Positions 14,341-27,018 of a DNA stretch of 64,000 bases are shown here, in pieces. The position numbers were made by a program, and so were the translations under genes. Every line of letters begins with the position of its first letter. The first letter of the stretch is position 1. Below the pieces are notes generated by a model, which saw only the letters and a list, made by a program, of their open reading frames with translations, had not been told where the DNA came from and made no database searches. Source of the DNA: Geosiphon pyriformis uo1 (taxonomy: Eukaryota > Fungi > Glomeromycota); the NCBI GenBank assembly GCA_016748015.1, contig JAAOMT010000299.1:1106764-1170763 (forward strand), in the 5' to 3' direction.

Positions 14341-14931
14341 GCAAGGAAAAAGAACGTTTCAAAATTATTACCTTTTTAAGACACATTGGTTGTACTCATT
14401 TCTAAAAGTAGATTATATACATTAAACGCCTAATTTTTTGATTCAAATTGGAAATTGGGAACGCCAAATAATAATTATTTTTAATTAAAATTAAAATTTT
14501 CTACCCAGTTTTGATTTTTAATTTTTAATCTATTTTTATTTTATTTTATTTTTTTTTTTCTTTTTTTTCTTTTTTTCATCAGACGACCGCACGTGCAAAA
14601 ATTAAAATTCCGATTGGATAAAACATGACTCAATTTATTTATTCTCAAACATCAAGACACACGTTTTTATTTAAAATAGCGCCAAAGGCGGAACTTTTGG
14701 TCGTGCAAACGTTGCCTTTTAATCTTTTATATGCAATGCACAGATATCTTTAAAAACGTGTTATCAGTACCGTTCAAGATAGGCCCCATCGTCGATTAAT
14801 CGGGTCAAATTTTGCTATTCACTGATTGCTTATATACTCCTCATACATGCATTGTTAAAAATTATGTCATATTAAATATTTATGCAAACCTGTTTTTTTT
14901 TTTTTTTAATTCATTTGCGTTCAATCATACA

Positions 14932-14994
<63 letters not shown>
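14932..14994. repeat. (GAT)n microsatellite
   Basis: Direct reading; explains the poly-Met ORF. Confidence 0.95.
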
Positions 14995-14995
<1 letters not shown>

Positions 14996-17566
14996 GATTG
15001 CCTTTTGAACAAGTTTTTGTATCATAACTAGTAGAATGGAGGCTGTTTCGAAAAAAAACTTTTTGAATAAAAGGTTTAATTTAAAGTATAATGATAATGT
15101 TTACGAATTTCAAGTTTCAAGTTTCACAATTCTTTTTAATTCTCATTGGCTAAAAAAATTCGAATTCAGCCTTTTAGTCCTTTAATTTGTCAAATTTAAA
15201 GTTACTACCCCATGTGGGGTCAGACTCATTATTCTATTGGCTAAATTTTTTAAATTCTTCAAGTATTTTAAAACCCTACTGAAACTGTTGCAATTTAGTG
15301 GCTTTTTTGTGAGATTTCATTTCTCAAAAGTTTGCATGCATATATGCATATATGCATGAATTAATTTATAATTATTGGCTAGATTCATAATGTTTACCAC
15401 TTTCCGCAAAAAAAAATAATATATATGTATAATGAGGATCATGTCCTAAAATTGAATTTAAGAGGAGAATCTTTCATCGGACAAACATTCTCAGAAATTC
15501 ACTCATTAGTAATATAATTGGTCAATCTATATTGACACGTGAAATTATGATTTTCAAACTTATTTAATTGACCCCTATAAATAAATGATGATCAAAAAGT
15601 TTTTTTATGTCACTGAGCCTTAAAATTTTTGTACGTTTCCATCTACAATTATATAATAAACTATAAAAAAATTGGCCAATTAATTTAGAGGTTTGACCCC
15701 ATGTGGGGTTATTACTCGCCAATCAGATAGTATATTGAGACCGGTTTAATTTAAATCATCCAATCAAAATTAATCAATTTTAATTAAAGTATGACAATTT
15801 CACTTTTTTTTTTTTTTTTTTTTATTTATTTTACTGTGACAGACTAAACAAAGGGTTTTATAAAGTTTTTCGAGGAATTTTTAATAATACATTAAATGAA
15901 AATAAAATTTTATTCTAAAAAGACTTGTAACATTTAAAATTTGTGGTATTTCCGAAGAGAGTAAATAAAGAAAAATATATCTACCTTTAATAACCACTCT
16001 CTCTCAAGTGTATTATAAAAAAATTGCCGAATCAATTATTTCGATTAATTTTAAATAAAAAGTTGACTTTTTGGTGTTTATCAAAAATCCAATTTAATTA
16101 TAAAATTGAGACATAAGAATTCGAATATAAAGAATTGGATCATCCAAGAAAAAAAACGTCATCATTACCCGAAATTAGCGAAATTTCTTACTTGTCACAA
16201 GCCTGGAAAAAAAAAAACAAAAAAAAATTTTTTTAACAAGGAATTTAAATTGAAATTTAACTAATTCCAAAAACGTGGTCACTATCCACATTCTGATTCA
16301 TGATTTTGATCTATGTGGTACTAGTGTTTGCATTTAATCCTGCATGACCCTTGCATATGATGATCATTGAATCAATTTTGATAAATTTCGCACGTGTCTA
16401 TGAATAGAATTTTAAAACGTCAGATTTTAATAGTTCATCATCTAAAGAAGTAAATTTTTATCGCATATAGTTCATATTTTTGCCATAGAAATTTCATTGG
16501 TGAAACTAAATTCCTATGACAGCCAACAATTGGATGAAATGCAAAGCGATAACAATAACAATAACAATAACAATAACAATAACAATAACAACAACACATT
16601 TTAATTGTTTTCCAAAATTAATCAAAACCGCATTCCGAGAGATTGTTGGATGTAAAAAGTTTTTGACTTTTCTAGCGGTAAAAGAATGAATTTTAAAATT
16701 TAATAATAATATCTTTAGTCACAAACATAAATTTTATATTTAAAAAAAAAAAACAAAAAAAACTGATCCAACTAAAGGAATATAAAAATGATTGACAGTG
16801 AAAAAGATCTTTTTTGTTTGTTTGTTTTTTTTTTGGATAATTGGCGCCAGAAATTGTTTAAAATTTTTATTTTTGAGAAAATATTAATTAAAAAAATCTA
16901 GTGTTTTTTAAAAAAAAAAAGGAATCATGAAATGGAAATTTTTCTATAGTCCTGACTATTAGAAGACCAAAAGTAAAATGGGAGGAGGGAAAAAAGGTTA
17001 AAATATCACCCAGATCTTAAAAATGTTGAAATAACGATGATACAGCGATGATAAACCAAAATCTAGTTACGGATTATTTTTTTTTTTTTTTACGAAAAAA
17101 GTTTTAAAAACAAACGAAAAAATTATTCTAATCTATTTTTTAATAAAAATTGCTCCTTTGGAGCCGAAATCTATATTTTTAATCGTTGCCATGATTTGAA
17201 ATTCGATTAATGGGTTCTCAAGGGGGTTCATTTCGCCTATTTAAAAATAAATTACATATTTATATATATATATATATATATAGAATCTATATAGCTTACA
17301 TAAAAAGTGATGATGATGATAATGAAAAGTTTAGAAGCAGCTTAGTGAACAGTAAACAGATAAAAGAGGGTGGTGGCCTACACAATTTTAGAATTTAGAC
17401 ATAGGATTGATTCTGAACAGAATTTTAATAAGGGAGTATTTTTAAATCGCAAAAAAGAAAATGAATCCAAGATAGGGCTTGAATAAAGTTCGATTTTACC
17501 AACGAAAGGCTTATGAATTAAAAATAAAATAAAATAAAATAAAATAATAATAATAATAAAAATATT

Positions 17567-18279
17567 TTAAACCAGTCGAGCAATGGACATCTTTACACGA
17601 ATTCGTACGCGTTCGTCCATGTTATACCAAAAATTTTTCACCATTAACGCACTTCGGCCAGGAAGATTACTTGCAATTAAAGTCCAGCTCGGGCCGTAAC
17701 GATGGTACATTGTGATAATTGCACGTTTTTCGTTTAAACTAAATGGTTGCTTCTTAACTTTTAATTGAAAATTAGGAAGGTTATTTAGATGAAGAAGAAA
17801 ATTTTTGAAATCAAATTTTTTAATATATAATCTTTCGTGATTGACTTACTATTTGGACGAAGGTGAGACATCCATCTAAAGAAGAAATTGAAAAAATAAA
17901 ATAAAAAAAAATTAATTCACGTTATTAAAATAAAAAAAATATAGGATCATTATTTTCATTATTTTCATTAAAATATCCAAACGAAACGAAACGAAACGAA
18001 ATTAAATTTTAATATTATTTACTTGTCTCGACATTGCTTAGGATTCCTCGTATCAAAACGACGAGCTAGTTCAGCCCACTGGTGTGGAAATTCGTCATAT
18101 AGCTCATAAAGTCTTGAAATTTCCTAAAAAAAAAAAAAAAAAAAATTCCAAAAAGATTGAATGATTAAGTTTTTCATCCAAGCTTTAAAAAAAAGAATAT
18201 TTCAAAACTATATTGTTTTATAATTTACCTGATCAGACCATGCACCTTGAGTTGTGCCTGTGTTAGTGATCACGACCAT
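17567..18279 (-). CDS. Minimal two-repeat (R2R3-type) Myb transcription factor, 4 exons (18279-18229, 18123-18023, 17875-17850, 17757-17567), 122 aa
   Basis: Three GT-AG introns give an open frame: MVVITNTGTTQGAWSDQEISRLYELYDEFPHQWAELARRFDTRNPKQCRDKWMSHLRPNIKKQPFSLNEKRAIITMYHRYGPSWTLIASNLPGRSALMVKNFWYNMDERVRIRVKMSIARLV*. It has the Myb Trp spacing and the RxxKQCRxxW and LPGRSxxxVKNFW signatures. Confidence 0.93.
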
Positions 18280-19049
18280 CTTGGAAATATCAAACGAAAG
18301 AAAAAAACAGAGCTCGAGTGCTATGTAAAAGGGAATATATATGTATTACCCTATTTGTAAAAAAGTATTAAAGATTCTTATATTATGAAATTACGCCAAA
18401 TTAAAAGTTTTTAATGAATGATGTATGATGATTGTGATGAGGATGGAGGTAAAGGATGAATAAGGCGATAAACTCTTGTTTTTTTTTTTAACGGGAAACT
18501 CTCGTCTAACGAGCAATCAAAGTGACTTTATGCCACTCAATCACTTTTCATTTCTTATAGAAAAAAAAAAAAGAAAAAAGGAAAGGTAGAAGCGTAAATA
18601 ACGCAAAAATGGCTTACATTTATATAATCAATTTCAAAATAGCCAATTTGTTTATTATTTTTCAATGAAACCTTTTTGTAAATTCAAAAATAATCAAGAG
18701 TGTATATTTTTTTAGTATAATACTTCACAAATTATAATTGGTGTTTTCAAGCTTTGGTGACTCACAAAGTGGGTAAGATTAAAAAAAAAATACAGGAAAA
18801 ATTTTTCGAACGTGATCCGTCGTAAAGTAAAATTGTTACAATAATTTTTAAAGCCAGTGGGGGTCAGGTTCTAAGTGCAGGGGGGTACTTTAATTGATAA
18901 TTAAAAAATGAAATTTAGAGTTTTGTTTTTGTTTTTATTTTTATTTTTATTTTTGTTTTATTTTAATTTTTTTTGAAACATAAACTTTTTATTTATGTTT
19001 TAATCATTGTTATTAAAGGTTTGATTGATTAAAAGTATATAAAATATTT

Positions 19050-19145
19050 TTTTCTTTCTTTCTTACTTTCTTTCTTTTTTTCTTTCTTTCTTACTTTCTT
19101 TCTTTCTTTCTTTCTTACTTATTTACTTATTTACTTATTTACTTA

Positions 19146-19220
<75 letters not shown>
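19050..19220. repeat. Compound (CTTT)n/(CTTA)n microsatellite
   Basis: Direct reading of the sequence. Confidence 0.9.
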
Positions 19221-21414
19221 TTAGTCATTGTTGATTTTATCGGAATTTCCAATACGATTGATGACCATGTAGTGGCATTTGTTGCGGGTACCCTAAAAAA
19301 AAAGTTTACATTGGCTGTTTCCAAAGAAAAAGTTTATAGCTTCGGTTTGTTTATTTTCATGGCTTAATGTGATATATTAATTTCTTTGAATTATTGAAAT
19401 AAAGTAAGTAAATAATGAATGAATGAATGAATGAATGAATGAATGAATTAATAAATAAATAAATAAATTAATTAATAAATGATCATATATTAAAATTGTT
19501 GTTAACCTTTTAATTTTTATTAATATATATATTTTTTTTTGTAAAGAGTATTTTATTAATGCATTATTCTATGCTCTATGCAGGTAATATATTAAATCAG
19601 GAATTTCAATTTATTCGAATTTTAAATTTATTACATACAAAGAGTTAGGGGATACAAAATTAGCCATTTTTTTTATTTTATTTTTTTGATAATCCTGATC
19701 AATGTTCTCTCCAGTTTTTTCTCTTATATGTGTACAAAAAGTCAAACCAATAATCACTAAATTTTATAATGGCACATGATGCCACAAGACTAACACGCAC
19801 GCCGAAAATGGGAGACCAATTTATTGTGCGCGAATCAAAATCTTTTGTCAAACGATGAAAGATTTTTTTTAACGATGCTTACAATGGGATTGCGAAACTT
19901 TTCACAATTGATGTGAATTTGTGTGTACATTATTGAAAGATTTACAAAAGTTTGTTAAAAAAAATAAAAATAAAAAAATAAAAAAAAATGGATTATCATT
20001 TAAGTTTAATCAAGTTATTATTCGAATTCTTGTCGAAACCAGGATATTAAAATTTTGTGATATTTTTCCTCAGGTATTGGGAGATGTAATGCATCAATAA
20101 ATTTCGAAACTATAATTAGTTTTTCAATATTTAAAGTAACTTGATCCCACGTTTTTTTTTTTTTTTTTTTTTTTTTGAACTATATACTAATTTTTTTGAC
20201 AAGTTTCCATGTACCAAAAAAAAAAAATTGCGTTACAAAGATTTTAGATGGTTTTTCTGCAGTGATATTTCACAAAGTACAAAAGTACCAATTTGGATCA
20301 AACATTTTTTAAAGATTGATTTCGAATCTCGAGAAAAAAAAACCTCTCCCCCCCCCCCCCATTTTCAAGTCATCCCTGAAAAATTAAAATGAACAGGTTT
20401 TTTATTGTTTTATAATTTTGTTCCCAAGTTTTACTTGAATGGGCTAAAAAAAATTATCAATGTGAAACTATCTAAAACTTTTACAGGAACAATAGAATGG
20501 AATTCAAAATTTTTTCCTTAGGAGAATCGCCTGGAAAGAATAAAATTTTTTAGAAAAAATTTTTCAAATTAGATTGAATAATATTAAATTTTTTTTTTCT
20601 TCAATGAACTCAATTTAATTTATTTATTTTTCTTCAATGAACTTAATTTAATTTTTTCATTTACATTATAAAAAACTTTTAACGTGATTTTCTTAATTTT
20701 ATTCAAGGTAACTAACCAAAAGATATATTATATGTATTTTATTACTTATATCTTAAACAATAAAATTATTCTATTTGTTATTGAAAGAAAGAAATAACCC
20801 TTAAATTTATGAAATCTGTTTGACAAAATAATTTTGTTTTTTTCAAAATATTCAAAAAAAAATAAAGCTTTCAAAAATTTCTTAATTTTTACCATTTATT
20901 AAAAATTAACTATTTATTATAAAAACTTTTTCATGTAATAGTTAATGTCAAATTTAATTTATTTCTTTATTTTTTGTTTCAAAATTGGGTTATTTCTATT
21001 CGCTCATAAAATAAAATAAAAAAATTCTTTTCATTTTAAATGTATAAAAATAAAATCTGAATGTTCAATTCATTATTATGTAATACATTGTTAAAATAGA
21101 AAAAGTTTTAAAATCTTTTCAATATTCATACTTAATTTCGAAAAACATATTAATAATAATAATAATAATCTCGTAATATTGAATTCTGATTCTTTTCAAA
21201 AAATTAATTTTATTCTTTTATATTCTATGAAAAAATTTTTACATGCAATTTTGATTTTTAGAAAAAAATTAATCAAAAAATTTTTTTTTTAATTGAAATA
21301 AAATTTGACAAATAAAAAATTTTTATAAAAATCAGATTTATTCATATATTTAATTCTGATTTAAAGTTTTGAAAAATGTTAAAAAAATTGAAATAGAAAA
21401 TTTTACAAAGAAAT

Positions 21415-21917
21415 TCAAGATTTTCCTTTCTATCAACAAGATCCTTGGCAACAAAGTTATCAAATATGGGACTATAGGACAATTGGAAGGCATTTAGTTG
21501 AATGTGAATATTCAGAAAGCCTTCCAAGAGCAACACCGATGCTTTGCCAAAGTCCATAAACTAGCATGTGTAGAGAGGGCCTAAAAACATTTGAATCACA
21601 CGGTGTTTACAGATGAAACAGCTTTTCAGCTGTTACAAAATATAAAGAAATGGATGCCCAAAAATTAGAGCAAATTATCGTGAAGGAGTGGCATGATATT
21701 CCCCGATCTATTCTAATCAGGTTAGCGGGATCAATGAAGTCGCGTTGTGAACTAATTATAGAAGGAAATGGTAATCGAATTTCCTTATAAAAAAGATTTA
21801 GTTTTTTAGCTTTAATTTAATTTGTTAGTGTTTTTGATGTAAATTATGTTTTCTTATCAAGTTTTGATTTTTGGATCTAAACTTTTGGTTTCCAAAAAGT
21901 TTTTAATGAAAATATAG
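21415..21917 (+). mobile_element. Internally deleted Tc1/mariner remnant
   Basis: Frameshifted fragments STRSLATKLSNM, TIGRHL, PRATPML, VFTDETAFQL and the Tc1 C-terminus EQIIVKEWHDIPRSILIRLAGSMKSRCELIIEGNGNRIS. The middle of the DDE domain is missing. Confidence 0.8.
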
Positions 21918-23940
21918 ACTTTAAAGACGAATTAAGTGATGGTATTAAAGAAGTTAGTCAGGGTGTTTGGGGAGCTACCAAAAAATTTGGGCAAGTTCGC
22001 TATCAAAACAGAAACAGTGGTGGGAACGGGAGCAGCAATCGTTTCCATGGGGGTTTAAGCTGTTGCTTACCATGGTTCCCATAAAGAAAGAGGAAGGAGT
22101 TATGATAGTGAGTGCCCTATTTGTCGAGGAGATATCTAAAAAAAATTTTATGGCAAATAAACAACCACTTCTTTTATTTCTTCACTCGAGTCAGTCTTAT
22201 GTATTATCCACATTTTTTTTTCATTATAAACTTTTTCTTTTTTGATTTCTCTTATACTCTTTCTTATCTTATATTTTTTGGCCTTCTCTAATTATTCACA
22301 TTGTTTGTAAAATAATTAGGAAAAGAAAGAATTAGTTATTTATCAGCAAAAAAATCTTTGTCGGACATACTTATTAAATGTCTTCCACTTACTAGCAATA
22401 AACACCCCATAAAACTGCTTACTTAGGCATTTAAAGTATAATATCATTTAGGCACTCTCCACCCCCCCCCCAAAAAAAAAAAACTGAGATTATTTTGATT
22501 TTTGATCTGACCAGTCTTCCCAGCTTCTTTTAGTTCTTGACCATAGAGATAACAAGCACACAGGTCATAAGAATGATTAGGCTTAACTGGTCTTTTCTGG
22601 TGATCTGGTTGTGGGAATCTTTTTTGATATGACTAACAACCTCATATATACAAGCAGACTTTGTAACAGAATTCTCAACAAACTAGATACTCCGCTTCAT
22701 GCAAGCAACAGAAAAACTTACCAAATGGCTTTAAGTTATTATTGGTGACATAGTATTTTTATTGCAAATTTTAATCGTTTTCTCTCTATTGTCTTCACCT
22801 TTGAAAAAGCTACCACTGGGGTCTAAAAGGGTAAAAGGTTAAGAAAAGAAATGCACAATTGTAAAAGAGAATTAACCAAAAGGAGTAGACCAATCTTAGC
22901 CTTACAGAAACTTATTTTACTTGAACAAAGCCAAAAAATTTAAGAGAATTAAACCAATTACTCGGCAATCGTTTAGAAAATTAAAAAAGGGCCGAAATAA
23001 TTTATGGTATCATAATTAACGACTAATATCGTATTATTTTTGATTAAATAGGTACTAATGCTTACAATGTATTAGATAAAAGTTATGGTAAGGAATCAAA
23101 AAAACCAAAAAACAAGAGAAAAAGATAGAATTAAAGCTTATTTACCCAGGGAAAATGTTAAGGGAAGAATTATTAATACTCTTAAAGATATCAGTCGACC
23201 AATTTACCAAAAGTATTCAGATAAAGAAGAAATAATTAAGGAAATATTAGCGGAAAAGCAAGATATTAGTTCTAATATTGATTGAGTTTGCAAAAGGGTT
23301 ATAAATTAGATTGCTGAAAAGATAAAGAAGAGGAAAAAAAAATTAGCAAAAATTTAAGGCTTTTTTCACAAACAAGAAAAAGACTATGAATGAAATGGTG
23401 AATAACAAGCTTTTTTCCACTATATAAAAATTTTAAAAACATCCTAATCAGTTCTTTGTCTTTGATTACTATAAAAAATTCGCTTGGTTCCTCTTCGCTA
23501 AATGGTTATTTCTTTGGCATTGCTATCTGAACAAAAAGATTTGGTCTGTTTTCCCCTTTTAGCTTTTTCGCGTTTTTTGGCTAATTTTTTTGCATACATA
23601 TCCAAGGCTCTTTCTAAAATCTCAACTGCAAAACATTGTTCTTTCCAGACTAACTTTTTATAAAACTCAGGCTTTACCCGCAGTCCTAGAGGCTTAGTTA
23701 TTTCTTTTTTCTAGCATAAATTTAGATTTCAATTATTTTTAATTTTATAGTTTTTCTATCTGCTAGCAAAAATTATTTATTAGGCGTTCTGTGGGAAAAA
23801 ATAAATCAAAAAGGAGAGGTTTTTGGATAAAAAGTAAGAGTTAAAAAGGAAAATTAATTGTAGTGTTAAAAACAGTTAATCAGTATTAAGTGTGTGTGCG
23901 AAAACTAAATTTTTAGTCTAATTTATTTGGTGTGAGAAAT
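21918..23940. other. Decayed bacterial-type segment resembling Mollicutes-related endobacterium (Moeniiplasma/MRE) DNA
   Basis: Several short, intronless, tightly packed Lys-rich frames on both strands, with in-frame TGA codons. One TTGATT-N17-TACAAT promoter-like site lies at 23040-23068. The peptide motifs resemble MRE hypothetical proteins as I recall them; this was not searched. Confidence 0.6.
23085..23285 (+). pseudogene. Small Lys-rich bacterial-type ORF; the frame continues past the TGA if it is read as Trp
   Basis: ATG lies 16 nt after a sigma70-like -10 box. After the TGA the frame reads VCKRVIN*IAEKIKKRKKKLAKI*. Confidence 0.45.
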
Positions 23941-24657
23941 ACATTATCAAACAAAATTTTTGGTAAAAAACAAATTGAAAAAAAAATTTTACATTTTAAA
24001 TATTAATGGACTATTCTAAACAAAATGAGTTGAATATTAACAGAATTTTTAAAAATATTTAATTTTTCAAGATTTAAAATAATAATTGAGTTGTGATAGC
24101 TAGAATGTAATTTAGAAATTTATTTATTTTTTTTCAATAATAAAAAATAATTTACTAATTTTTAATAATATCTAATACGAGATATAATTTTCCAATTTTA
24201 ATTCTTTATAATTTTATTTGATGATTTCAAAAATTTCAAAGAATTAAAATTTGCATTTTGTCAATTTTTGGGTATTAAATCTGACTTAAAGCCATTAAAT
24301 AATTTCTATATTATATTTTTTTAGTATAAGTTAATTATTTATGAATTTAAAATACAAAGACTTATTTAAATCAAGATAATATTTATGATCAAATTGATTG
24401 ACTGATTAATAATCAAAAAAAAATCATAATTTCTGATTAAAATCGTGTAAAAAGTTTTAAATCTGTTGATTTGTTTAATCTATTAAAATGAAAAAATAAT
24501 AATTTTATTTTTTATAAATTTTTTCATTTACATTTTAAATTTATTTATTATATTATTAAATGAATATTTATAATTTTGGGTTTTGTTGGTGTAATCTCCA
24601 CGAAAATTTTTTTTTCAATTAAAAACACAATTTCATTAAAATAAATTTTATTTTTAA

Positions 24658-24693
<36 letters not shown>

Positions 24694-25808
24694 ATTAATA
24701 AATAATTCAAAGATAAACAAAGTTATAATTTAAAAAATTTTAATTTTAATGTTATTTAAGAAAAAAATTAACTTTCAATCGGTTTTTAAAAAAGTTCAAA
24801 ACTAAAATCAAGTTTTTAAATATTTTTGATCAATGAAATTTTTAAAAAATGAGATAATTTTGTTTTAGCTTATATCTTTGAAAACAGTTTCAAAATGAAA
24901 TAAAATTAAAAGGTCCATTCCAATATGTTTTTTGTTAATTTCAAAATTTTAAATACTATTTTATTTGATACCCTGAAAATGTAATTCCCTAAAAAATTTA
25001 AAATCTAATTTTAAATGTTAACCAAAAATCTTGTTTCGTTAAACAAAGCCTACTTGCCGATCTCTTTATTTTGGTCATTTGATGATTATCTTTAGTTCAT
25101 CTCTGTAAAAGCCACTAACAGATTTATCTTAAAAATAACAAGGGAGAATACGAAGAAAAAATGTTTCGATAATTTGAATTATATAAACCAGGGCAGCTTA
25201 GTATTTCTTAATCAAAGGTTAATAAAAATTTAGAAAATTGGAAACACATCAACATTGTCATGAAAATGTCCATAATTCCCATTTACAATGTTCATGGTTC
25301 ACACAATTCACCCCTGTCATCGTATTTGACATCAGTCAACCAATCATTGATAGTTGCAATGAATGAAGCCAATGATAATTTTTTTATTTTAAATTTTTGA
25401 TTTATGTGACATCTAATACGGTCGATTTCTGCACATCACCCCTCCTCGCAACAACAAACTTTCATTGCTGCCAAAATACAATATTATCGTTGCTTTTTCG
25501 TGTAAAATATTAAAAATATTTTGGTAAGTTTATTGTTTTTGACAAAATTTAATTGAAAAAGAATATTTTAGATGTAAATCAAACCACTATAATCCATTTA
25601 AAAGTCACCTTATCGTTTGTTTATTTTTGGCACGCTCTATCTGTTATCTGTGGGCAATTTTGTAGGCCGTTATTTTGATTCTCATCATTTTACAAATAAT
25701 GCATGCAATTTTCCATTTTAAAGAAAATACTAGCCTCCAAGATTATTTTTTAACTAGGTGTAAAAATTTGAACAACTCAAAAATAAGAAAACTTCAGTTT
25801 TGATCAAA

Positions 25809-27018
25809 ATGAGTAACATATCTTCACCCACACCGTTCGTGGCTGAACATACTGGTGAAATAATGATGAAGACACTGGAGGTTCGTCGTAAAATTTTTAA
25901 AATAATTTCAAGCTTTAATAAAATTTTGCAAATCCCCTAAAAAATTAAATTAAATCATTTTCAATTAATTTTAATTTTTAATTATTCAATTTCTTAATAT
26001 TTTTCTAATTGCTTTGTTATTGAATGACCAATCATAGGTTATTCAGGCCTACAAAGAAGCCGGTCAAAAATTACGGAAAGTTCAGCAGATTGTAAACGAA
26101 TTGCGAGCCATCCTTCCACCTGATAGGTGTCTCAGATTCCCACCAGGGGTACTTGAAAGCCTATCCACATTCCCAATTGAATCCATGGTCAATTTCCCTC
26201 TCAATGCAAATATATCATTACCACCTTTTTTTTCACAAATTCCCCAAGAATCGATTGACAAAACAGAAAAATCTGGTATAGATGAAAAACAAAAATTAGG
26301 TTTTAATCGGCAGCAAGAATTCGAAAAGTCTCCAAAGGATGAAGAAACTGAAGAGGATGAGCTTTTTCCACCTCCAATATCACGTGACCAAACGCCTGAA
26401 CCATCGAGACCTATTAATATGATTGCAAAAAAGAAAAATATTCGCCATGAACCATACGAAAAACCACGATATTCAACCACTGAAGAAAATTCAGAAACTT
26501 CCGATGAATTCACGGTTACCAAAATCTCAACAACTGAAAGAAAAGCCCCAACTCTTCCAAATGAAGCCACCCTAAGAATGAAATCCAAATTCCTTGGAAA
26601 TATCTCCCTTAAAACAAATTTTCATCATCTTAGAAGTACTACTCCACGCTCAGAAAGGAAGGTTACCACCACGAGAGATTATTCACCACCAAAAAGTCCA
26701 TCATCACCTTCACCTACAAAATTTCGATTTTCAGAATCATCTAATACAAAAATTTATAGTGCTGAACAAAAAATGCTCGTTGATGAATTTATCAAATATT
26801 TGACCCCTCGTCTCTCTACCACATCACAAAAAGCAATCGCTGAGGAAATTCGTCAAATTTCAGGAAACACTACAAGAATTGCTCAAGGAACGATCTCAAA
26901 GATGATTCGACGTGTTGAGATACCCCGGGACAACAATACGGTTGACGCCATTCGCAAATGGATTATTATCGAACAGTCCAAACCTGGATGTCCTGGAATT
27001 AAGGAAGAGGCAGATTAA
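25809..27018 (+). CDS. Putative DNA-binding protein with disordered Pro/Ser/Thr middle and C-terminal lambda-repressor-like HTH, 2 exons (25809-25880, 26038-27018), 350 aa
   Basis: Intron 25881-26037 (GTTCGT...ATAG) joins ATG 25809 in frame with ORF 26101..27018. The gene is CpG-rich and has a basic NLS-like KKKNIRHEPY. C-terminal motif SQKAIAEEI...IAQGTISKMIRR. Confidence 0.75.

Noticed and set aside
12910-15027. ORFs with poly-K/N/M tracts (12910..13230, 14812..15027), and similarly 1120..1464
   Set aside because: They are generated by microsatellites, homopolymers and the N gap.
26082-26588. 168-aa minus-strand ORF
   Set aside because: Antisense shadow of the spliced plus-strand gene.
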